A stretch of DNA of 63,543 nucleotides, the filler included, from Cercozoa sp. M6MM (taxonomy: Eukaryota > Protista > Endomyxa: Ascetosporea): NCBI GenBank assembly GCA_040357565.1. It is 9 parts of 9 records of this genome, joined end to end, with 100 filler letters (N's around TTAATTAATTAA, not from the genome) between each part and the next. Parts side by side here need not be neighbours in the genome. Positions count along the whole stretch, not along the records: positions 1 to 1,020 come from JBDODJ010002224.1; positions 1,121 to 4,365 come from JBDODJ010001544.1; positions 4,466 to 12,423 come from JBDODJ010000581.1; 6 more parts are not named here. One strand, 5' to 3'. The notes below the pieces were generated by a model. That model did not search any database and had not been told where the DNA came from. It saw only the letters and a list, made by a program, of their open reading frames with translations. Positions within the stretch are counted from its first letter, which is position 1, and each line of letters opens with the position of its first letter. Positions 1-9,951 of the stretch are shown here, piece after piece. Position numbers and translations under genes: made by a program.

Positions 1-6
1 GTGTAG

Positions 7-985
7 GTGCGAGTTGTCGATGTCGGCGGGCGGCGTGACGGAGCGGCAGCTGCGACTGCGCGTGCGCGAGGTGAGTGCGCGCAGTCGGCGCGGCAGTGAC
101 GGTGACAGCGACGGTGACGGTGAGGTGCTCGGCATCACGGCACGTGTGGCACTGAGCGATCACTCGGGCGGCACCGTCACTCGCAGTGACCGGGACACCA
201 CTGACCGGCGTGACAGCGAGGGTGACACTGACGGTGACACTGACAGGGGTGACAGCCAGGGTGACACTGACAGGGGTGACAGCCAGGGTGACACGTGCGA
301 TCACCTGGTGCAGACGGTGCTGCGCGCGGAGGTGCGACCGTCGCGGCACGTGGCGACGGTGTGGCTGCCGCCGTGCCACGTGCGCGTGCCACGCGGCACT
401 CTGCGCACGCTGCGACGCGCCTGGCAGGCACTGCAGCCTGCACCGTCCGAGTCGGCGGCTACACCGTCCGAGTCGGCGGCTACACCGTCAGAGTCGGTGA
501 GATCAGTGCGATCGGTGCCGCACATGGACGCGCGACTGAAGTGTCACGAGCAGTTCGTGGAGGACCTGCTGCAGTCGCGTCTGGAGGACGGTGCCGCCGC
601 CGGCACTGGAGAAACCGACGGTGCCGGCAACGGTGTCACTGATGATGATCACGGTGCCCGAGAAACCGTCAGTGACGACTCGGACACCGTCTGCGACGGC
701 ACCGTTGTGACCGGAGAAACCGCACCGTGGCGTTTCGCGCTCGAGGCGGCGCCCTGCTCGGTGTTTACCCCCCCCCCCTCTTACCCCCCTGTTTACCCCC
801 CTCTTACCCCTACCCCTGTCCTCCCTGTTAACCCTCTGTCTACCCCTGTTAACCCCCCTGTTAACCCCCTGTGGCTGGTGCCTCTTGATACACTTACCCG
901 TGCACAGGTGACGGTGGACGACAGCTTCAGTGCGCACGTGTCTGACTGGAGGTTTCGGAGCGGCGAAACCGTCGTGCTGCCGGAG
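7..985 (+). CDS. Internal exons of a large hypothetical protein (partial)
   Basis: Open exon 7-760 after a ...GTAG acceptor, GT-AG intron 761-907, exon 908-985 followed by a GT donor. Contains DTDRGDSQG and PSESAAT repeats. No recognisable family motif. Confidence 0.6.
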
Positions 986-1020
986 GTGCGTCACGTCTTT
1001 GTGACTCTTTACCCCCCCCC

Positions 1021-1120
1021 NNNNNNNNNNNNNNNNNNNNNNNNNNNNNNNNNNNNNNNNNNNNTTAATTAATTAANNNNNNNNNNNNNNNNNNNNNNNN
1101 NNNNNNNNNNNNNNNNNNNN
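1021..1120. other. Synthetic contig linker N44-TTAATTAATTAA-N44 (also at 4366-4465, 12424-12523, 32391-32490, 41309-41408, 42526-42625, 59862-59961, 62071-62170)
   Basis: The same 100-nt structure occurs eight times. The 12-mer puts stop codons in all six frames, as expected of an assembly concatenation spacer. Confidence 0.97.
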
Positions 1121-1159
1121 GGGGGGTAAGAGGGGGGTAAGAGGGGGGTAAAAGTGCAC

Positions 1160-2008
1160 CTGCACGTGACCACATGCGTCTACGTTCTCTATTTGCGAAT
1201 CCTCGCGCACCGCGCGCATCTCGCCTGTGCGCATATTCTCGCATTTGGAACTCCCCAAACTCATCCGCGCGGAAGCTGAAAAACCGTACCCGCGCGAAAG
1301 GCTGTTTTCAACAACAAGCGGCGACGCACCACGCACGCGCCTGTCGACACCTACGGGCGTAAACAGGGGGGTAAACGGGGGGGAGTAAACAGGGGGTAAA
1401 CAGGGGGGTAACACCTGCCAGACACGCAGTGTGCCGTCCTCAGCGGCACTCCACAGCAGCTCGCCGTCGTCGCCCAGGAAACCTACAAGTTGTACCCCCC
1501 TGTTCACCTCCCTAGCTCCCCCCCCTCCCCCCTTTCCCCCCCTTTTTCCCCCCCCCCCCCCCCCGTGAGTGGGTGTACCGCAGGCGACAACGTTGCCGCG
1601 CTGGCCGGTGAATTCGCGCTGCGGCTGAGCCGAAGTCGACCGAACCTGCATGGGATCGCATGGACTCACAAAGTACAAAAAGGTTTATGGGCTCAAAGTG
1701 GACAGATCTATCGGCTCACATCAAGTCAAATCCCCTGGTATACCTCGTAGACGCGCACAATGCTGTGACCGGCCGCTGCGACGAGTTTCTTGTCGCGCGA
1801 GATCGCCAGTGCGTTCACCTAAAGAGATGTGGAGGGGGGAGGTAAAGGGTAAAAGGAAGTAACGCGGGTCAAAGGCGTTAAAGGGAGTCAAAGAGCATAC
1901 CTGCGAGCCCTTGAACTGCGCCGATCGGTAACACACTCCACGTGGTGCCTCCCAGAAACGAACATAGTGATCGTAGCCACCTGTGACCAGCACCACTGCG
2001 TTAGACAT
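1160..2008 (-). CDS. LST8: TOR complex subunit LST8 (WD40), 5' part, 6 exons visible
   Basis: Spliced N-terminus MSNAVVLVTGGYDHYVRFWEAPRGVCYRSAQFKGSQ|VNALAISRDKKLVAAAGHSIVRVYE matches the LST8 signature (GYDHTIRFW...SQVN.L.I..DKK..A.AGH..VR.YD). Later WD repeat SAAEDGTLRVWQ. Truncated at the linker. Confidence 0.9.
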
Positions 2009-2254
2009 GGTGTCAGCACGTGTCTGTTCTGCTTGATGTCGCGTCACAGCTGAGTTTAGTGACGGTTGATTTCTTTTTATCTTTCTGAAACCGAACTCCT
2101 TCTCAGGTTGTTTCAACAGCTACCTGTGCCGTGGGGCCGTGCCGAATCCTACTTCTGGTGTGCAAGGTGTGCAGTGCTGTCCGTGTTAAATCGGTATATC
2201 ACGAGGTGAGTCGACAATAATACAAGAATCATTTCGTGTGCAGTAGGCCAGTCA

Positions 2255-4311
2255 ATGTGGACCAATTGGGCCGAGACGGTGCAATGCCACCCGGGGCACA
2301 CGTATGAGCCAGAGAGGTAGCAGAAACCTTTGTCTGTATTTTTCGGCGTTTCCCCACCTGGCACATTGTGTTGTGTGTGTGTTTTCGCAGCGTCGAAGAG
2401 GTGCAGAAACTCGTGCGAAGTGCGTTGCGGCAGGTGCAGTGTTTTCTGGTCAGATCGGTGCATGTTTCCCTCCTCACACCTCTTTTTTGTTTTTTGTCAG
2501 GGTGAGCGACTGCGCTGTGTGGGCGCTGGACACTCGCCGAGCGACATTGCGTGCAGCGACAACAACAACAGCAAAAACAACAACAATAACAACAACAACA
2601 ACAACAACAGAAACAACAACGGCGGCGGCGGCGGCGTCGATGCGATCGAGCAGCGCGAGATCTGTCCGCGCGGAAGTCACGTCAGTCTGCGCCGCATGCG
2701 GCGTCTCGTCGCTGTGTACTTTTACCCCCTTTTACCCCCTTAACACTTACCCCATTAACCCCCTTACCATTTTAACCCCTTATCCCTTAACCCCCTTAAC
2801 CCTAACTCCCTTCACCCCAACCCCCTTAACCCCAACCCCCTTAACCCCAACCCTTGACTCCCTACCCGGTAAATGTGGTATGTGTTGTGCAGTAAGCGCG
2901 ACTTGTACGGTGCTGTGGTGACGGTGGAAGGCGGTAGTTTACCCTCCCCTTGGCCCCCTACCCGTTTCCCGTTTACCCCTCCCCATACCTCCAGGAATGC
3001 ACCTGCACGAGGTGGTGCAGCAGTTGCGCACACTGGGTCTGGCCATGCCGGCATTGGGCAGCATCATGGCGCAGACTGTGGCAGGCGCCATTGCGACGGG
3101 CACACATTCCACCGGCGCTCACTTCGGCTGCCTCAGTAGCAAGGTGGGTTTTACCCCCCTACCTCTACCCCCTTTACCCCCCCCCCTCCCCGGCAGGTGC
3201 GCGGTGTGGTGCTGGTGGACGGCACGGGTCGTGTGCGCAGCGTCGGCGACGTCTCTGTGTCGGGCATAGAGCACCTCGTGTCGAGTGGTACCTTTTGTAG
3301 TCTGAGACCGTGTGGTATCAACTCACTGTGCACGTGTCCAGACGATGACGGTGTCGACACCGACCTCCTGCTGCGCGCACTCAAGTGTCACTTGGTACCG
3401 AGGGTTAACAGGGGGGTAAACGGGGGGTATACAGGCAAACCGGGGGGTCGACGGGATAAACAGGGGAAGGGGGTATACACACCGTAGGGCTCGCTGGGCG
3501 TGCTGGTGCGCGTGTCACTCCGCGTGGAGAAACACTTCCGTCTGCACGCCATACAGGTAACGCATGGACCGTACATGGGACTGGACAAATGGACCGGGGG
3601 ACAAATGGACCGGAGGACATATGGACCACTGGACGGTTGTGTGGACAGGAACCGTACACACTGGACGCGGTGCTGCAGGACGTGCGCGGCGTCGTGGTCG
3701 ACTCGGCCGAGCACGCGCGTTTCTGGTGGATTCCGCACACGGACGGATGCGTTGTGTGGTAGTTCTACCCCTCACTTTACCCCTCACTTTACCCCTCACT
3801 TTACCCCTCACTTTAACCCTCACTTTACCCCTCACTTTACCCCTCACTTACCCCTCACTTTACCCTCACCCTCCTCGTCCCTTCCACTTACCCCTCCCCC
3901 ACCCAGGCGAGCGAACCGCACGTCGCTGCCGTCAACCGAGGGCGTGATCGAGAGCGCGGCCTCTCCACGCGGAAGCAGTCGGTCGCAGCGGCAGAGGCAG
4001 CGGCAGGAAAACAACAAGAGAAACAACAACAACAAGAGGGTGGCATTGCCGGTGCTGCACCGGGCCAAACAGGGCGTGCAGCGACTGCGACATGCGCTGG
4101 TGGACCGCTGGATGCTCGAGTCGCTCTACGACGCCGGTCGCATCGAGCCTCGTCTCGTGCCGCTTGTCAACAAGGGTAGGGGGTAGGTAGAGGGGTAAGG
4201 GGTAGAGAGGGGGTAAACCCGTGCGTGTATGTAGCCTACTGGCGAACGCAGTTCTGTCGTCGTACCGAGGTCGTCGACGACTCACACCGCGTCTTCACTT
4301 TCGACTGTCTG
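2255..4311 (+). CDS. GULO: L-gulonolactone oxidase / D-arabinono-1,4-lactone oxidase-like FAD oxidase (3' truncated)
   Basis: Spliced motifs WTNWAET..C.P....PESVEEVQ, VGAGHSPSDIAC (flavinylated His motif), LGSIMAQTVAGAIATGTH, GSLGVLVRVSL, HARFWWIPHTD and VDDSHRVFTFDCL. Confidence 0.88.
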
Positions 4312-4601
4312 GTAGTTCCCCTACCCGCCTCCCTACTCCCTCACCTTTACCCCCCCCCCCCCCCCNNNNNNNNNNNNNNNNNNNNNNNNNNNNNNNNNNN
4401 NNNNNNNNNTTAATTAATTAANNNNNNNNNNNNNNNNNNNNNNNNNNNNNNNNNNNNNNNNNNNNGAGGGGGTAGAATTGGGGTAAAATGGAGGGGGTAT
4501 GGGGGTAAGTGGGGGGAGGGGTAAATGGGGGTAAAAAGGATTTAAAAAATGAGGATAGAATGGGGGTAAGGGGTGGAAAGAGGGGGGGTATAAAACAACA
4601 C

Positions 4602-5381
4602 CTTAGAAGCCACGTAGCCCGCCATGTCGGCGGCAGGAACGTTGGGACGCTGCGTCAGAAGGGTCGAGTGGAAAGCACACGTTCCTTTCGGCTTCAGGAA
4701 CTGAGGGAAGCGGGGGGTAAAAGGTGGAAAGGCAGGGAGTAAACAGGGGGTGAACAGGGAGAGGGTAAACAGGGGGTGAACAGGGAGGGGGGTAACAGGG
4801 GGTGAACAGGGAGGGGGGTAAACAGGGGGGTAAAGCAGCAGCACATGCGTGGCCAGGAAGGCCAGGCCGAGCGACGAGTCCACCGAGGCGCGCGACATGG
4901 CGTGCGTCGACTCGAAGAGATCCTCGGCGTTGCTAAAGTCCGAGGGCGCCCAGCCGCCTGCCGCGTTCACCATGATATCAAAGCCACTGCACAACCAACT
5001 TTTATCCCTTCTTTCCCCCCCCCCCCCCAAGGTAAGACTACGCTTCCTGCGCCTTGAGCGACTCGTGCACGCGCGCGTAGTCCTTGGCCTGATCGCCCTG
5101 GCTGCACGCACACATGTGTCAACACATGTGTCAAAAGGCACAGGTACTTGACAGGCAGACTGGAGAGTACCCGATGGTGTAGAACTCGTCGGCCGCCACG
5201 GCCTCGTGCGTGTCGATGGCCGTCACACGCCACTGCACACACACGCACACGCTCGGATTGCTACGCTCTTGGCATAAAGTCTTACGCCAGCCTGGTGAAG
5301 AACTCTGATGTAGCTCTCGCCGAGTGCGCCGCAACCGCCGAGCACTAGCGCGCGTCGGGTTTTCACCATGTTTGCCGCCAT
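4602..5381 (-). CDS. QDPR: Dihydropteridine reductase-like SDR (3' truncated)
   Basis: RRALVLGGCGALG, W.VTAID, NAAGGWA, LATHFLKPKG and MAGYVASK follow QDPR order (GGRGALG, AGGWAGG, LATKHLKEGG, MIGYGMAK). Confidence 0.82.
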
Positions 5382-5641
5382 CGCGTGTGCGTTTTTTTTT
5401 TTGCGTTTTGCTACCAACTGCAGTCGCAAAGATTAGGCACACTGTGAGCTCTAACACACTTCCTGTTGTAAATGCACGGAGTGGATCACGTTAGAAAACG
5501 ATTCCGTTCGCCTTGCGACTTTGTAGTTTTTCCAAACTTCTTTTCCGAGTTTTTAATCGACCAAAAAATGATGCTTAAGATATTGTTGGTATCGATGGAT
5601 GCACAGTGTTAGCTCTCGCCCCTACGCGTCGTGTACCTCGA

Positions 5642-6766
5642 TTATGAAGGCCCGAGCTCCCACCTGGTTGCGGTAGTGTACGTCTTGAGACACCCAGGTG
5701 CGTCTTGTGATTGTGCGCAACAGCTCCACCCAAGAGTGTTGTCGTATGTGCCGTCTAAGTTTAAATCGTTGGAGAAAATTCGGGACAAATTGCAGATGCT
5801 GTACCGTGGTGCTTTGTCACGCGGTAGCGCTGTGCTGAAAGAACTGAGCCCGGGGCTTGGATCGAGAGGTTGCTCAACTGGCCATGGGTCGCGACGCAAA
5901 GAAGTAAAGCAATGAAAACCCAAACGCACAAACATAAACTACAGAGACAGAGCATGTACCTGTTTGAGGCGGTTGAGCGTTCGAAGGACGGAAGGATGTG
6001 TATAGCTTGCGTTGCTGCGAGTTAGTGCCAGAGATGAAGACTCGGTCAACTCTTCCTCCCTCTTTAAGAAGGCACGTAGCGATTCAACTGAGTGCTGCAA
6101 GGCAAAGTCAGCTTCACTGTCGGCCACGTCGGTCCGACTCGCTTCGGCTTGCAGTTTTGCCAGGAGTTGCGTGCTGTCTGTTTCTGGTTGCCTGTGCCGT
6201 TCGTAAAGCCACTTCACTGCTCTCGAACTCTCGACGACCCCGCGCTCCACTGCTTTACGTGAATGAAACTCAAAGTCCATGTCCCTCATCTACATAGCAA
6301 CACGAATACAATAGGTTCAGACGCCGCACTCTGAAGACAGGCCTAGTACCTCCATATGTCCACGTCGCTTGTTTGCCCGTGTAGCTTCTTCCAAAACACT
6401 TCGCGCTTGCTCTTCCAGTTTTTGCCGCTTTGTTGCTGCGATGTCATCATTCACTCGCTGCATGGGAGTGCGGTACTTTTCTTTCACCAAAAAATGGTCC
6501 GACTTTGCTCTTGCGACTTGCGAGCAGTCATACGTGAGAGCCTCGACCGATGTGTTCCATGCATGTGGGTGTCCAGGGTGAGTTTGTTCCTGCTTTGGTG
6601 GCTTCTTTGGGGCGTTCGATGCGGTAGTGCCTGATAGAAAGGCAATGTATGTCGCATTGTGCTACAGTATTTGGGGTTTCATGAGGTGGATAGTACCCTT
6701 TCCTTTTCGTAAGAAAGGTCTGAAGTCTCGAGTTTTTTTACTCACTGGCAAGGTCCCGCCTGGCAT
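5642..6766 (-). CDS. Orphan protein with C-terminal Btk-type zinc-finger-like motif (5 exons)
   Basis: In-frame GT-AG splicing gives MPGGTLPVSKKTRDFRPFLRKGKG...coiled coil...KHHDGTYDNTLGWSCCAQSQDAPGCLKTYTTATRWELGPS*. Confidence 0.65.
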
Positions 6767-7039
6767 TAGCCTGAGCAAGCAGCTAGACTGCCAGCTTCGA
6801 GCAATCCGCTTACCTGCCTAAATTGGGTTTTGAGTCTAACGACAATGCAGCGCTGTTCAAGCACAGCGTTTCTTGAGTTACATGTCAACTTAAATTGTAG
6901 CATGGGTTCAGTCAAGTACCTGTCGTGAGTGTTAAAGAGCTGTATTGCTTCAGCCGTAGTCTCGGTGCACATATGGCGCCGGCATTGAACTGGCTGTGCA
7001 GTTAGTTTAGTTTAACATGATCAATCATTGAAAACGTTT

Positions 7040-8798
7040 TCAAACTTCAGTGAATTTATGGCGAATCAGCTCAGTGTGGTATCGTTCTGGCACGCCGGCG
7101 TTACGCAGGTCCTGTAGGAAGCGTTCACGAATGCCTTCAAGTTTAGAGAGCTTCATTTCGCGCTCTTCCTTGTTTCGTTGAGCAGCTGCTGCGACGTCGG
7201 CGGCAGACAGGCCCTGCTCCTGCTTCTTTTTGCTCTCGATTTCCTCAATCTGCTCGCGTAGCTGCTGCCGGTACTTCTGCAGCAGAGTCAATACAAAGAA
7301 ACAAATGTCGCACAATGTTTCGGCACAAAGACAGCAGAAGACTACCGCTTGCTTTTGAAGCACCTCCTCGTGCTGTTGCGCACGCTCTCTCTTTTCAAGC
7401 TCGTGCTTTCGCTTGGCTTGTTCCGCCTCCAAAGCTGCTAGTTGTTTCTCACGTTCGCGAACTTCTGCCTTGTGTTTGATCTGTGCATCCCTGGAAGCAC
7501 GCACTTCTTGTTCGAATCTCTGGCGACGTTCTGCCTCGAGCTTCTTGTTCTCGCGCCACTTGCGCTCAGCTGCTTCGGATTCACGACGAGCGCGAATCAT
7601 ATCCAGGTGCGCTCGCTTGTCAGCAATGCGCTGCGAGGTTCCTGCGATAATTGCGGCCTTACGTTCGCGCATTTGTTGTTCGCGCTGCTTTTCTTCCTCG
7701 AGTTTACGGTCCTTCGTGTCCTTTTTCCTGAGTCACGAAAGGCGTGTTGGTCCAAGCTGCGGGAATGAAAAGCATCACAAAACGTTGAGGTACCGAATGT
7801 ACTCGGCAATCTTTCGCTCTTCTTCTCGCTCAAACTCCAGTTGTTGCTGCCTGCGCGCCAAGGCCGCCTCATTCGCGGCCTTCACCTCCGCAAGGAGTCT
7901 CTCACCTTCCTTGATGCGCTCAAGTTCCTCTCGTTGTTGTCGCTCCTGCTCCTGCTTGAGCCGCTTCAGCATTTCTTCGCCTTCCTTTTGCTTGCGTAAG
8001 CGCTGGAGACGACGAATGTTCTCGCGTTCTGCAATCTGTTTGCGCAACTCTCGTGCACCGGCGTCGAGTTTCTCTTGGCGCATTCGGTCACGGACCTTGG
8101 ATTTCTTGATGTTTGCGACGCGGTCGGCTTCCATAATGGCATCAAGCTGTCGCTCATACTCCTTGGTTTCCTTTTCAAGTTGCTTGCGCTCAGCAATTTG
8201 GGCATCACAGATCGCCATTACTTTCGCTGTCAGGACCATCGATTCCATTTTCTTGACCTAAGTTTAATTTAAGAAAACAACACATACCACGGTACACCTT
8301 CACAATTGCTACTACGGATACCTCAGGTTCCCGTGCATCGGCGGCTTCGGCTGCGAGTTTCATTGCGAGAAGTCGCTGTAGCTCGAGCTGTCTCTTGCGA
8401 TCGGCATCTTCAAGTTCTGCGATACGCTTTAGGCGGTGGTCTTCGAGTGCGGTCATTTTCTCGCGACGGGAAAGGCCGGCTGCTTTGCGAGCTTTTCGGG
8501 CCAAAAGTGCCGTGCGTGCTGCAGCGATATCGGCGTTAGTTGCCTCTTCGCGCCTGCGTGCACTCTCAGGGTCCGGTCCTTGGGACTGGCACGGAATGAC
8601 GCTGGTGTTCTTCATCGGGAGTGCTTTTTCCTCAATAGGAGAACTCGCATTTCGGCGAATGCGATCCAGGTGTTCGCGCGATAGTACCACGGAATTTTGG
8701 TCCGGGTGAACGCATTTCGGATCGCGCAGCGCTTGCCACAGTTCCCTCGAAATCACCGCATTTTCTGATACCTGCTCCTTCTCACCCAAACGCGGCAT
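7040..8798 (-). CDS. CFAP45: Cilia- and flagella-associated protein 45 (CCDC19, TPH domain)
   Basis: Long E/K/R coiled coil with VLTAKVMAICDAQIAE (cf. ILSAKCHAIRDAQILE), IRARRESEAAERKWR and a C-terminal LQDLRNAGVPERY (cf. LEELRATGLPEKY). Confidence 0.88.
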
Positions 8799-9020
8799 CC
8801 ACAATTGTTTCAGGAGTCGAATTTCGCGCCCACGGTATACACTTTCGGCTGGTTTACTGCTTTTAAGCCGGGAGACAGAGGAATTGAGAGCATCAAATGC
8901 AAAACTGACCCCCAATTGTGAAGAAACGCTGGCGTGGGTTCAACTGGCGTGGAGACCGACTGCCAGACGTCAACGAAAGAAAAACAAAACGAAAACGTCC
9001 GTATCACGGCTGCGACTAAT

Positions 9021-9254
9021 TTACGGTCGTTTCAAGTGAGTTTGATTAGTACTCGGAGTTGGGGGACGTTTTTCGAAGAACAGCATGGTAGCTTCAGCCA
9101 GGAGCACTTCCCCTGCCACAATAAATGATGAGATCGTGCTTCACTTCTGCCCTGCGAATGATAGCTCAGCAGTACTTTGAAAGGAAACAATGTCGACGCG
9201 GGAGTCGTTCATGCGGGCCCAAGAGTAGCCTGTGGCCGGTGACGGGTCGGTATC

Positions 9255-9311
<57 letters not shown>

Positions 9312-9501
9312 CACACACACATACACACACATACATACACACACACGCCCGCGCAGCATCACGGGGAGTGGTACCTCTAGAGTCTACTTCGATCTCGATG
9401 TCGGTATTAGCACTCGCGGTGTCATCCGTTTTGACTCGCCATCGCCGGTAGCAGATGTAGTGACCCTAGGTTAAACACATGCAATGTAGGGAACAAAACG
9501 G

Positions 9502-9568
<67 letters not shown>

Positions 9569-9578
9569 NNNNNNNNNN

Positions 9579-9654
<76 letters not shown>

Positions 9655-9845
9655 ACCCCAGCAATGCCGCCGATATGCACCACCAAGGCAATCAGGTCTG
9701 CACGCCAGTGTGTTGATACACAGCAGGACTAAAACTGTGCACAGTATGAGTGATACCATAGGCAGTGTCATTCAGCATGAGCGTGCCGTCCTCCGGCAGT
9801 GCCACGTGTGTCGACAGCTTCTGCTGTCCGAGGTTGCGTTGCACT

Positions 9846-9893
<48 letters not shown>

Positions 9894-9903
9894 NNNNNNN
9901 NNN

Positions 9904-9951
<48 letters not shown>

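Noticed and set aside
1065-1076. Recurrent TTAATTAATTAA palindrome as a biological element (e.g. piggyBac-type TTAA site)
   Set aside because: It is always centred between two 44-N runs, so it is a synthetic six-frame-stop linker.
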